A stretch of 64,000 bases of DNA from Candidatus Nanohaloarchaea archaeon (GCA_042218325.1 JBDGRE010000001.1:144990-208989); one strand, 5' to 3'; shown: positions 49,027-58,480, counted from the first letter of the stretch. Translations and numbers: made by a program. The notes: generated by a model from the letters alone, not told the origin.

Positions 49027-49830
49027 ATGGAATGCGATTTCTGCGGTGAGGAGTTCGAGGACGAGCGTGAGCTTCACCTCCACTGGGGCGAGGAACACGA
49101 GGAGGGGCTCACCTCCCACCAACAGGAGAAGGTCAAGAAAGCCGAGAGGAAGACGGAAGAGGAGGAACAGGTAAGGAGGAAGAAACGCAGGCGTACCGCC
49201 GGCTGGGCGTTCACGGCGCTTATAGCAGTCTCTTTCGTGGCGCTCGTAGGGCCGCAACTGCTCGGCTCCATGCTCCAGTCACGCCAGAGCTTCGACCTCT
49301 CCGAGGAACCGATGCTCGGCTCGCAGGACGCCAACGTCACGGTCGTGGCGTTCGAGGACTTCAAGTGCCCGTACTGCGCCCAGTTCACGGCCGGGCCCTA
49401 CCAGCAGCTGAAAACAGAGTACATCCAGACCGGCAAAGTCAAGTTCTACTTCGTCAACAACCCGCTGCCGCTCGGCCAAGACTCGTATACTGCCGCGGCA
49501 GCCGGAGAATGCGTTCTCGAACAGGACGAGTAGCAGTTCTGGAACTTCAAGGAGGCGGTGTTCGCCAACCAGGGCCCTGAAACCCAGCGGTGGGCGACGG
49601 TCGACAGGCTGATGGAGATAGCCCGGCAGTCCACTGAAGGCCTGGACTACACCCAGCTCAGGACCTGTATAGCCGAGGAGCAGACGATGTCCGAGGTAAG
49701 GCAAGATCGGCAGATGGCTCATAGCCACGGCATTACCTCTACGCCGACGGTCTTCGTCAACGGAAAAGAGGTCTCCAACCCGCTCAACTACCAGGTCCTG
49801 AAATCCGCGGTAGAAAGAGAGCTGGAATAA
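49027..49830 (+). pseudogene. DsbA-family oxidoreductase with N-terminal C2H2 finger; in-frame TAG at 49531-49533
   Basis: MECDFCGEEF...H...H, TM, FEDFKCPYC, then QFWNFK...GITSTPTVFVNG in the same frame after the stop. Confidence 0.85.
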
Positions 49831-49842
49831 AAAGGCTTGAAT

Positions 49843-49931
49843 CGCCGGCGCTGGGATTTGAACCCAGGAGGGCCGTCACAGCCCAGCAGATCTCGAATCT
49901 GCCGCGTTCAACCAGGCTCCGCCACGCCGGC
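49843..49931 (-). tRNA. tRNA-Ser(CGA)
   Basis: GCCGGCG/CGCCGGC acceptor, GCAGA-TTCGAGA-TCTGC, long variable arm, CTGGG-TTCAAAT-CCCAG, G discriminator. Confidence 0.95.
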
Positions 49932-50059
49932 AGCGAACTTCTGAAAGTTCGAACATCATGCTCTGCGTCCGCGCTAGCGCAGAGCAGGCTTCAGAAGGTT
50001 CCGCCTGTTTAGCGTTGGCTCGCCTAAGCTTTTATTTAGTTAGCCGAAAGTTGTTCTCC

Positions 50060-50731
50060 GTGAGCTACGGCTCGATAGTTCTTGACATGGATGGAGTGAT
50101 ACTTGATTTCGAGGGCGACGACTTCCGGTGGAAGTACGACGCGGTGCGGGAGGTGCTGCGGAGCAGGGGCGTCGATCCCTCGGACTTCTCGAGACCCCAG
50201 CTTGATGTTTTTCTCGGGGATGAAGGCGTGGATGCGTGCGTCGAGTCCTGCGAGGAGCTGGGCCTGGACGCCGGCGAGGTCTGGGAGGAGATCGCGAGGA
50301 AGACGACGGAGGCCCGGATAGAAAAGGTGAAGACCGGAGAGTTCACGCTTTACCCCGAGGTGAAGGATGTCTTGGAGCAGCTGGAGAACATGAAACTCGG
50401 GCTCGGCGTCATCAGCAACGCGCCGGAGAAGGCGGTCGAGGCTGTCATAACGCATTACGACTTGAGGAGGCATCTCAAGTACTTCCGCGGCGTGACGGGC
50501 TTCGACGACCTCACCGCCCGGAAGCCACATCCCGATCACTTGAAGCTGGCGCAGGCTGAGCTCAAGCGGGAACCGTACGCCTATGCGGGCGACGCAGAAT
50601 CCGACCTCATCGCGGCCCGGGAGGCGGGCATGGATTCCGTCTGGGTCAGGAGAAACGATGCAAAGGTCGATGTAAGGCCTGATTACGAGATAGAAAACCT
50701 CCGAGAGTTCCTTGATATCGTGGAAGGATGA
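50060..50731 (+). CDS. HAD family hydrolase
   Basis: DMDGV, ISNA, KPHP, GDAESD. Confidence 0.9.
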   Translation: MSYGSIVLDMDGVILDFEGDDFRWKYDAVREVLRSRGVDPSDFSRPQLDVFLGDEGVDACVESCEELGLDAGEVWEEIARKTTEARIEKVKTGEFTLYPEVKDVLEQLENMKLGLGVISNAPEKAVEAVITHYDLRRHLKYFRGVTGFDDLTARKPHPDHLKLAQAELKREPYAYAGDAESDLIAAREAGMDSVWVRRNDAKVDVRPDYEIENLREFLDIVEG

Positions 50732-51390
50732 GTTACGAGGGCGTTATCTTTGACTTCGACGGCGTCCTGCTGGACGCTGCTTTCGACGACTGGAAGTGGG
50801 CAGAGAAGGCGCGGAGGGAGAAGGCCCGCGAACTCGACTACGAGATAGACGGTAACGGCAGGCACGGCTTCCTTTTCCAGACCGACTCTCTCGACGAGAT
50901 GAAGCAGATGGTGGAGGAGAACGGTTTCACGTGGCACGACTAAATAGAGGTCGAGAAGGCCGCGGCTGCCCGGAAGGCGGAGATGGTGAGGAACGGCGAG
51001 ATGGAGCTTTTCCCGGATGCCCGGCAGGTGCTGCGGGAGATAGAAGCCCCGAAAGCCGTGGTCAGCAACGCTTTCGGCGCCACGCTCGACGACATAGTGC
51101 TCCACCTCGGGATAGACGAGCACCTGGAGTTCTGGGCCGCGCCCAGCCTCTCCGAGATAGAGAGGTACCACGAAATCATGAAGCCCGAGACCCACATGCT
51201 GGAGGACGCGCTCGAGGTGCTCGGAACCAGGAACGTGGTCATGATAGGCGACAGCGACTTCGATATCCGGGCCGCGAAGAACGCCGGCATCGACTCCGTC
51301 CTCATCGACCGCGGGAAGAAGGTGGACGTGGAGCCTGACCACGTGGTCGACAGCCTGGAAGAGTTTTCCTGGCTTGTCAGGGAGCGTTAA
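50728..51390 (+). pseudogene. HAD family hydrolase; in-frame TAA at 50941-50943
   Basis: DFDGV before the stop; VSNA, KP and GDSDFD after it in the same frame. Confidence 0.85.
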
Positions 51391-51415
51391 AAGCCTTCAC
51401 CGGCAGCTTGAACCC

Positions 51416-52396
51416 ATGCCAGAGGGTGAGTGCTCGAAGTGCGGCGACGAGGCGGTCATACACCGGGAATACGAGGGACGCTCGCTCTGCAAGGAACATT
51501 TCTCCCGCACCATAAACAAGCAGGTCAAGCGCACCATACGCGAGGGCGACCTCGTCGAGTCAGGAGACACCATCGCTGTAGGACTCTCCGGGGGCAAGGA
51601 CTCCGCGGTCCTGCTCGAACAGCTCGTGGAGATATTCGGCGAGCGCCCGGACATCGAAATCATCGGGGTCTCCGTGCACGAGGGGATCGACGAGTACCGC
51701 GATGAATCCATCTCTGCGGCCCGGGAGCTGTGTGACGAGCTCGGCGTCGAACTGGAGGTGGGTCGTTACAGCGACTACTACGACCTCAAGATGGACGACG
51801 TCGCGGATGCCGGCGAGCGCGGCAACTGCACGTACTGCGGTATCTTCCGCCGCGATTTACTTAACCGGCTGGCGAGGGAGGTCGACGCGGATAAGATAGC
51901 TATCGGCCACAACCTCGACGATGAGGCGCAGGCTATAATGATGAACTACATCAAGGGCGACACCCGGAGGCTCGCCCGCGTAGGTTCGCGCACGGACCAG
52001 GTCTCGCACGAGAAATTCGTACCACGTATAAAGCCGCTGATAGACTGCATGGAGCGGGAGATTGCACTTTACTCCGAGCTCCACGACCTGGGCGTCATCG
52101 ACAGGTGCCCGCACGTACAGGAATCTACGCTGCGGCCGATGGTCAAGAGCTTCTTGAACAAGCTGGAGAGCCAGATGCCGGGCATCAAGCACTCGATAGT
52201 CTCGCAGGGCCACGACCTTTCTACACTGGTGGAGGGAGAGTTCGAGTTCGACGACAGCGAGATACAGGAGTGCGAGCGCTGTGGTGAGCCCTGCTCCAGC
52301 GATATCTGCAGGAAATGCCAGCTGCTCGAAGACATCAAACACGCGGCGGACGAGTCGGTGGAGCACGACTACGAGCTGGAGGACCCTGCTCAATAA
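51416..52396 (+). CDS. tRNA 2-thiolation protein (NcsA/TtuA family)
   Basis: CxxC zinc fingers at both ends, SGGKDS, CTYCGIFRR, GHNLDD, CP. Confidence 0.92.
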   Translation: MPEGECSKCGDEAVIHREYEGRSLCKEHFSRTINKQVKRTIREGDLVESGDTIAVGLSGGKDSAVLLEQLVEIFGERPDIEIIGVSVHEGIDEYRDESISAARELCDELGVELEVGRYSDYYDLKMDDVADAGERGNCTYCGIFRRDLLNRLAREVDADKIAIGHNLDDEAQAIMMNYIKGDTRRLARVGSRTDQVSHEKFVPRIKPLIDCMEREIALYSELHDLGVIDRCPHVQESTLRPMVKSFLNKLESQMPGIKHSIVSQGHDLSTLVEGEFEFDDSEIQECERCGEPCSSDICRKCQLLEDIKHAADESVEHDYELEDPAQ

Positions 52397-52431
52397 AAAC
52401 GTCCGGCCCGGAAACTTTGATACCTGGTAAC

Positions 52432-53394
52432 ATGAAAGCGATAGTTCTTGCAGGCGGCCACGCGACGAGGCTGTGGCCCATAACGAAGGACCGTGCCAAA
52501 CCTCTCCTCCCCCTCGGGGACAGGCCGATAATAGACTTCATAGTTGAAGACCTCGAGGACGAGGTCGACGATATAGTAATTTCCACGAACGAGAAGTTCG
52601 CGGATGACTTCCGGAAGTACATCGAGGATTTCGAGAGAGATGCCCAGGTGGTGGTGGAGAACCAGGACTCGGAGGAGGAGAAACCAGGCACCATCGGCGC
52701 TATGATACAGCTGATAGAGCAGGAAGACATATCTGACGACCTCCTGATAGTCAACGGCGACAACTACCTCGGTTTCAGCTTCCCGGAGATGCTGGACTTC
52801 TGCCGCGAACGTGACGGCCCGGTAAACGTGGTCTACGACCTTTCAAGCAGGTCTCAGGCCTCATCCTTTGGCGTCGTCGACACGGAGGGCGACCGCATCG
52901 TCGGGTTCGAGGAGAAGCCCGACGAACCACCATCGACGCTGATATCCACCGGCGTCTACTACTTCCCGTCCCACAGGGTTTCTCTTTTCCACCAGTACGA
53001 GGAGCACTTCTCGGGCACTGACGTTCCCGCGGACCAGTACCTCGACGAGCCTGGCAGGCTTATCGAGTGGGCCCACGAGAAGACCGACATGTACGCGTTC
53101 TCGTTCGACGGCGACTGGTTCGACATCGGGTCTCCCGAGGGCTATCTCGATGCCCTGCAGAGCGTCATGGATGGCAACATCGTCAAGGGCGAGACATCTA
53201 ACTGTGGCATAGGCGAGAACGTGCTGGTCCTGCAGGACACGGTGCTGGAGAATGTCGAGATAGAGAACTCTGTGGTGTTCCCCGAGACAGAGATACGTGA
53301 CTCCACGATCAGGAACTCGCTGATCGACAGCCACTCCGAGATCGAGGACGCGGACGTGAACGACGCTATTCTCGGCAAGCATTCCTCGATGTAG
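52432..53394 (+). CDS. NDP-sugar synthase / nucleotidyltransferase
   Basis: ILAGGHATRLWPIT...KPLLP, EEKP, WFDIG, beta-helix C-terminus. Confidence 0.92.
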   Translation: MKAIVLAGGHATRLWPITKDRAKPLLPLGDRPIIDFIVEDLEDEVDDIVISTNEKFADDFRKYIEDFERDAQVVVENQDSEEEKPGTIGAMIQLIEQEDISDDLLIVNGDNYLGFSFPEMLDFCRERDGPVNVVYDLSSRSQASSFGVVDTEGDRIVGFEEKPDEPPSTLISTGVYYFPSHRVSLFHQYEEHFSGTDVPADQYLDEPGRLIEWAHEKTDMYAFSFDGDWFDIGSPEGYLDALQSVMDGNIVKGETSNCGIGENVLVLQDTVLENVEIENSVVFPETEIRDSTIRNSLIDSHSEIEDADVNDAILGKHSSM

Positions 53395-53413
53395 GCCAAG
53401 CCTCTTCTTAAGT

Positions 53414-53848
53414 TTAGCCTTTTCCTGTCGCGTCCGCGAGTCTTCCTATATCCCTGTCGTGGCGCCAATGCCTCTCCAGCGCCCTATCAAGGCTGATCCA
53501 GGACGGCTCTCCTTCCCAGTGGCCGCCGGTCGCTTTGCTGTTCACGGGCCGGCCGCGGAATATCTTCTCGACGCCGCCGACCGAGTTCTCCTGTTCCATG
53601 AGCAACTCCTGCACCTCTATCTCCACGCCGGTCTCCTCCCGGGTTTCGCGTTCCGCGGTCTCCCTGAAGCTTTCGCCGCTTTCTATGCCTCCGCCGGGCA
53701 GCATCAGGTAGTCGCCGGTGTCGATAGCAAGTATCTTCTCGTCCTCGACGACTACCGCTGCGGCGGAGCAACGCAGCCATAGAACTTTCCCGAGAAGACC
53801 GTAGCCGATGTCCTTGCCCCGCCAGCTTATCCACGAGCGTATGCCCAT
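53414..53848 (-). CDS. NUDIX hydrolase
   Basis: PGGGIESGESFRETAERETREETG. Confidence 0.88.
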   Translation of the reverse strand: MGIRSWISWRGKDIGYGLLGKVLWLRCSAAAVVVEDEKILAIDTGDYLMLPGGGIESGESFRETAERETREETGVEIEVQELLMEQENSVGGVEKIFRGRPVNSKATGGHWEGEPSWISLDRALERHWRHDRDIGRLADATGKG

Positions 53849-53892
53849 ATCAAAGAATTGCCGCGCAGGTTAAAATTAGAAGGGAAAAATAG

Positions 53893-54007
53893 TCTGGCAG
53901 CGTCCCGAACCTTCCGCCGGTAAGGCAGTACTACTCGGATCGCTGAGGGACTTTACTTCCGTGTTCGGAATGGGTACGGGTGTTGCCCACTCGCTGTGGC
54001 CGCCAGT
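53893..54007 (-). rRNA. rrf: 5S rRNA (stand-alone)
   Basis: GGCGGCCACAGCG...ACACCCGTACCCATTCCGAACACGGAAGTAAAG...AGTAC...CGCTGCC; own TTTATAA box and T-tract. Confidence 0.95.
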
Positions 54008-54091
54008 ATGGTATCTGGACTGGTCAAATCTTATAAACCGAACGCCGGGGGTCCCGGGAACCTTATAGTCGACCGGGCGCAGTCTGTTTCC

Positions 54092-54334
54092 ATGAGCCAC
54101 AGGGGAGGTTCTCGGCTGGAGAAATCCACGGTCATAGATATCCTGACCATAGCGGTGCTGGCCTACGATGGCTTCATGCTGTACAACTCGCTCGGCTACA
54201 GCAAAGAACAGGTTTTCACACCGTTTGCCTCCCTGACAGTCGGCGCGATACAGCTGACCGCCGTGCTTGTGCTGGTTTATTTCCTCGAGTTCCTTTACGA
54301 CAGGGCACGAGGCTCCAGCGGGCCGCTAGGTTAG
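54092..54334 (+). CDS. small 2-TM membrane protein
   Basis: Two hydrophobic helices; TTATA upstream. Confidence 0.55.
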   Translation: MSHRGGSRLEKSTVIDILTIAVLAYDGFMLYNSLGYSKEQVFTPFASLTVGAIQLTAVLVLVYFLEFLYDRARGSSGPLG

Positions 54335-54763
54335 TATATCGAGCAGTTCTTTTCCGCGGCCTTTCGGCACCCGGGAGGAGACCTTACCGTTCTTGTAGAA
54401 GCCGCAGCCGATGACCCTGTCCTCGTACCTGAGAGCGACGTAACCTTTCGACTCCATCTCGCCCTCAACCATCTCCTCCCTTCGAAGAAGCTTCACTAGC
54501 TCCTGCCTTTCGAGCTCTACCACGTTGTCCTGTATGTACCGGCCGATAAGCTGCAGGCCGTACGTCGTCGGTTTCAGGCCTACATCCATGATCCTGATGA
54601 ACCGTATGCCGTAGGTCTCCACGTCAAGCCCTGTAACCAGTCCCTCCGAGACCAGCCAGAGGTCGCCGGAGACCTCTTTCAGCCTGTGATCCTCCAGGCA
54701 CTCTTTGGTGACACCGAACCGGTCCTCGAGGTATCTCCAGCCCCTACTTGCTGAATCTGGCAA
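54326..54763 (-). CDS. RsmF/NOL1 C-terminal (PUA-like) domain protein
   Basis: GLKPTTYGLQ, GYVAL...IGCG, RVPK; overlaps the upstream methyltransferase. Confidence 0.7.
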   Translation of the reverse strand: MPDSASRGWRYLEDRFGVTKECLEDHRLKEVSGDLWLVSEGLVTGLDVETYGIRFIRIMDVGLKPTTYGLQLIGRYIQDNVVELERQELVKLLRREEMVEGEMESKGYVALRYEDRVIGCGFYKNGKVSSRVPKGRGKELLDILT

Positions 54764-55619
54764 CGAATATCACCCCGGACTCCATGTGGTGTGCATACAC
54801 TCTCAAGGTTTTCTCCATCTCGCCGCCGTATTCTTCGCCCCGGAAGCCGTCGACTCCTCGCTGGTGTGGCCCGTCGAGTTCCACGTGTTCGAGTTTTAGG
54901 CCTGTGTTCTCGAGCGCGTGCTCGACCACCTCCTCGTTTTCCTCCGGCGCGATGGTGCATGTGGAGTAAACCAGGGTGCCTCCCTCCTCTACGAGAACGG
55001 CCGCTTTCTCCACCAGCTGTTTCTGCAACCTGGAAAGGCTCTCTATCTCATCCCTGTCCGCCGGCTCGAAGTCGCGGCGGGCCCGGTCGCCCTCGCCTGA
55101 GCACGGCGCGTCGACAAGCACCCGGTCGTAGCTCTCGTCCTCCGGGAGGTGCCGGCCGTCGTAGTTAGTGGCGGCGACGCAGGCGGCACCGGTACGGTAA
55201 ACGTTGGCGTGAAGGCTCTTCATCCGCTTCGCCGACGCGTCGTTCGCCATCACCTTTCCGCGGTTGTCCATCTTTGCGGCCATCTGCGTCGATTTTCCGC
55301 CTGGCGCCGCACACATGTCGAGTACGGCGTCGCCGGGCTGCGGGTCGAGTGCGTTCACCGGTATCGCTGCCGACTCTTCCTGCACGTAGTACTCTCCCCG
55401 CCAGTGCATCATGCTCTTTCCCGGCCGCTTTTCATCTCTCAGCCGGTAGACTTCCTGGTTCCAGGCGGACTGTTCGACGTCGTCGAACTCTCGGTGGAGT
55501 CTGCTCTCGAAATCGTCGCATGCTTTCAGCCTGTTCCTTCTTACCGCGCTCAGCGCCGGGCTTTCGCACGCCTCCTGGAATGCCTGCCAGTCGTCGATTA
55601 TGTCCCTGTACCGCTCCAT
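54744..55619 (-). CDS. RsmB/NOP2 family RNA m5C methyltransferase
   Basis: YYVQE, DMCAAPGGKS, DAPCSGEG, YSTCT...ENE. Confidence 0.94.
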   Translation of the reverse strand: MERYRDIIDDWQAFQEACESPALSAVRRNRLKACDDFESRLHREFDDVEQSAWNQEVYRLRDEKRPGKSMMHWRGEYYVQEESAAIPVNALDPQPGDAVLDMCAAPGGKSTQMAAKMDNRGKVMANDASAKRMKSLHANVYRTGAACVAATNYDGRHLPEDESYDRVLVDAPCSGEGDRARRDFEPADRDEIESLSRLQKQLVEKAAVLVEEGGTLVYSTCTIAPEENEEVVEHALENTGLKLEHVELDGPHQRGVDGFRGEEYGGEMEKTLRVYAHHMESGVIFVARFSK

Positions 55620-55620
55620 C

Positions 55621-56187
55621 TTACATCTCGTCCAGCCGTGTCTGACCAGATTTTTCCCTGCCGAACGCCTTTCTCAGATCTTCCTCAAGTTCCGGTTCCT
55701 TTGTGTTGTCGTACAGGACAGCTGCGGGATGGAAAGTCGGCATTATCTTCTGGCCCTCCCGCGAGAAGATCCGACCGTGAATCGAGGTTATACATTTGCT
55801 GGTGTCCAGCAGCTCTTTCGATGCGAAGTTCCCGAGAGGGATTATGAACTCCGGGTCGATTTCCTCTATTTCCTCGCGGAGCAACGGCTCCCAGGCCTCT
55901 ATCTCGTCTTTCTTCGGGTCCCTGTTCCCCGGCGGCCTTATCTTCACCAGGTTTGTGATGTACAGCTCGTCCCGGTCCACGCCTATCCGGTGAAGTATCT
56001 CATCAAGTTTTTCGCCGGCGCGGCCGACGAACGGCTCTCTTTCCTCGACCTCGTTCGCCCCCGGCGCCTCGCCCACGAGCATCGCGTCCGCATCATCGGG
56101 CCCCACGGCAGGCACGAACCTTTCCCCGTCGAAGTAGCCGGAGTCGAGCTGCCTGAAGAACTCGCTGTACTTCTGCCTGAAACTCAT
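55621..56187 (-). CDS. uracil-DNA glycosylase, family 4-like
   Basis: VGEAPG...E...PFVGRAG, YITNLVK.RPPGNRDP, LGNFA, FHPAA. Confidence 0.9.
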   Translation of the reverse strand: MSFRQKYSEFFRQLDSGYFDGERFVPAVGPDDADAMLVGEAPGANEVEEREPFVGRAGEKLDEILHRIGVDRDELYITNLVKIRPPGNRDPKKDEIEAWEPLLREEIEEIDPEFIIPLGNFASKELLDTSKCITSIHGRIFSREGQKIMPTFHPAAVLYDNTKEPELEEDLRKAFGREKSGQTRLDEM

Positions 56188-56238
56188 GCATACAGCAGTG
56201 TGGCGAAGAACTATAATCCTTGCCGCCGGACCGGTGTT

Positions 56239-56415
56239 ATGGAACTCGACGGGAAACAGGCCCTCGGCATCATCGGGGTCACAACTGCGCTTTTCGGGCT
56301 CTTGGTCTTCCCGCTCGCAGTCCAGCATTACACCGGTACCAGTGCGGTCAAGGTGACGTTCGGTATTATAGTGCTCTACGCCGCGTTAAGCTGGTGGATG
56401 AAGAACCGGAGATGA
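56239..56415 (+). CDS. small 2-TM membrane protein
   Basis: MELDGKQALG..., two TMs, TATAAT ~25 nt upstream. Confidence 0.55.
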   Translation: MELDGKQALGIIGVTTALFGLLVFPLAVQHYTGTSAVKVTFGIIVLYAALSWWMKNRR

Positions 56416-56425
56416 AAAGTTTACA

Positions 56426-56472
56426 TCCCGACCCCGATCTGAACGAAACTTCTGAAAGTTTCATCATCAGGA
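56426..56472. repeat. degenerate copy of tRNA-Tyr 3' end plus AACTTCTGAAAGTT hairpin
   Basis: TCCCGACCCC-GATCTGAACG resembles TCCCGACCCCCCGATTTGAACG; followed by GAAACTT-CTGA-AAGTTTC. Confidence 0.7.
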
Positions 56473-56685
56473 AAGGCTCCAGTGGGTGCCAGATATCTTT
56501 AGCGCATTCGAGGAAAAACTGTCTTAGTGTTGGTTTCTAAGATTTTATCATCGCCCTTGAGATGCTTATCCGGGACCTGTTTTCCCGTGTTGATAGGGGA
56601 GAGTTGTTTTGGTCGTTTTAGTATACATAGTCTCGAAAGTCAGGAGTGGGAGAGATACTAAAGCTTGAGTGAGAATAAGTTAGAG

Positions 56686-56764
56686 TCCCGACCCCCCGAT
56701 TTGAACGGTCGAAAACTCGAAGCGTTTTCTGGCAGCCCAAATCGGGCGGAAAAGGGAACGAAGT
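56686..56764 (-). repeat. 23-bp duplicate of tRNA-Tyr 3' end, hairpin and inverted copy
   Basis: 56686-56708 equals 56765-56787; hairpin GAAAAC...GTTTTC; 56733-56757 is a degenerate inverse. Confidence 0.88.
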
Positions 56765-56838
56765 TCCCGACCCCCCGATTTGAACGGGGGACAAGTCGCT
56801 CTACAGGCGACCGCTCTGCCAGACTGAGCTAGGTCGGG
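56765..56838 (-). tRNA. tRNA-Tyr(GTA)
   Basis: CCCGACC/GGTCGGG (C1:G72, the archaeal Tyr identity pair), GTCGC-CTGTAGA-GCGAC, CCCCG-TTCAAAT-CGGGG. Confidence 0.95.
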
Positions 56839-56882
56839 GCTGTGGCTGTGAGAGAACAGTATACTGGTGGAGGCTCAAGTTT

Positions 56883-58238
56883 TTAAGTGTCGCCAGGCCT
56901 GAACTCTGCCTCTGTCTCTCCGGTCTCCGCGGCTTTCTGGCCGCCGGACTCGAGCTCGGCGGGCGGAAGCGTTACGCCTCCCTCTACCTCGAACATCGGG
57001 CTTATGGTGTACTCGAAGACCCTCTGGCTGCCGGGCTCCAGCTCGTCGATCTCCCATGTCAGTCTCGTCCCGTTGGAGGTCTTCCTGATAACAGGTTTCG
57101 CCATCGGGAATTCCTCGCTGACAGTGGCTATGTCCGGGACGAAATCCTCCACTGTGACCTCCCTGACTGGTTGTCCTGAATGGTTCTCCAGCTCGATGTG
57201 CACCTTTATGCCTTCCTCTGTTTTCCTCGCGGTCTTCCTGAAGGACAGCTCGGTCCTGATGTGTTTGAGAGCTAAAAGGCCGGCGAGCAGCGCTATGAGT
57301 ATCGAGCCAGGTATCCAGTAGTCGGTGGTGCGGCTTGCCGATTCTGTCTCTCCGGGACCGAGCTCGAAGTTCCAGCTGTAAGTCGTGGAGTCGCCTTTGT
57401 CAGTTCTACTGTCGGGTGCCGGTTCGAAGGATGTTATCGGTCTCAGGTAGTCCGGCAACGTCTGGTTCAGCTCGACTGTTGTCGGGGCGTTACCGGTGTT
57501 CTTCACGCTTGCAGTCCTGGTGTAAAAGAGCAGGCGGTTGTCCTTTTCGACGCTTCTCTCAACCCTGCGCACCTGTTCCACTGTTATCGTCTGGTTGACC
57601 GTCTGCCTGGCCTCCCCGCCCCGAATCACGGAAAGAGTTACACGTTTCTCCCCCGGCGCCGCGTCATCCGGTACAGGGAGGTTCAGCGCAAGCACTCCTG
57701 ATGAGCCCGGCGAGAGAGGAAGACCTTGTTTTTCCGTAGAGCTCTCCCCCATGATCGCCCGGACGCTGTAGTCCTCGACCCTCGAAGGCGCGGTGTTCAG
57801 GATGCCTACCCGGAACTCCGCGGTCTCACCCGGCGTGTAACCCTGACTACGGCTCGAAAAAGTCCTTATCACGAGGTCTTCGGGCTGCTCAACCGTGAAG
57901 TAGTCTGTGAAGCTCCGGGTTTCCCCGCCCGCGGTCACGGTCGCGTCGAAACGGTAGTTCTGCTGTACGGCGTTCTCTGGGGGTGTGACTATCAGTTCGA
58001 ACGTATGATTTTCTCCTGCAGGCACGGTAAGTGTGCTCTCCGTGTAGAACCACGAGGAGTAAGGTGCGGCGCTCAACTGGAACATCATGGCTTCGGGTGC
58101 GGTATTTTCCACTTCCAAATGGAAGACGCCGGGGTCCTCTGTACTCGCCTTCCTGTCAACCGCCTGGAGAGAGGCCGAAAAGCTGTAGGCCGACGTTATG
58201 AGCAGCACCACGAGAACCAGGCATAACAGCTTCCGCAT
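56883..58238 (-). CDS. secreted Ig-like repeat membrane protein (COG1470/S-layer-domain-like)
   Basis: Signal peptide, repeated 'V.NT' Ig strands, LGPGE, internal TM, further Ig-like domain after the TM. Confidence 0.75.
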   Translation of the reverse strand: MRKLLCLVLVVLLITSAYSFSASLQAVDRKASTEDPGVFHLEVENTAPEAMMFQLSAAPYSSWFYTESTLTVPAGENHTFELIVTPPENAVQQNYRFDATVTAGGETRSFTDYFTVEQPEDLVIRTFSSRSQGYTPGETAEFRVGILNTAPSRVEDYSVRAIMGESSTEKQGLPLSPGSSGVLALNLPVPDDAAPGEKRVTLSVIRGGEARQTVNQTITVEQVRRVERSVEKDNRLLFYTRTASVKNTGNAPTTVELNQTLPDYLRPITSFEPAPDSRTDKGDSTTYSWNFELGPGETESASRTTDYWIPGSILIALLAGLLALKHIRTELSFRKTARKTEEGIKVHIELENHSGQPVREVTVEDFVPDIATVSEEFPMAKPVIRKTSNGTRLTWEIDELEPGSQRVFEYTISPMFEVEGGVTLPPAELESGGQKAAETGETEAEFRPGDT

Positions 58239-58336
58239 GTCCTATCCTTTGTTCTGAGATTATTTAAAGCCGGCCAGCCCGGTTTTCCGGCCCTTGCAAA
58301 GCGCCGTAGCGATGTCTCCGGCGGAGGATATCTTGA

Positions 58337-58476
58337 TGGCAGGGCCGGGATTTGAACCCGGGTCCACGCGTATTCCGATCGAAACCGCAGTCAAACGGTT
58401 TCTCAGTCCCAGTCCGCCGCCCTGGCGGACTTGAGGCTCCCGAACGCGCGATTATGGTCCACTAAACCACCCCGCC
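58337..58476 (-). tRNA. tRNA-Pro(CGG) with 67-nt intron at 37/38 (58372-58438)
   Basis: GGCGGGG/CCCTGCC, GCGCG-TTCGGG^A-CGCGT, CCGGG-TTCAAAT-CCCGG; intron CGGA pairs with UUCG to give a 4-bp helix and 3-nt bulge (relaxed BHB). Confidence 0.9.
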
Positions 58477-58480
58477 TTCC

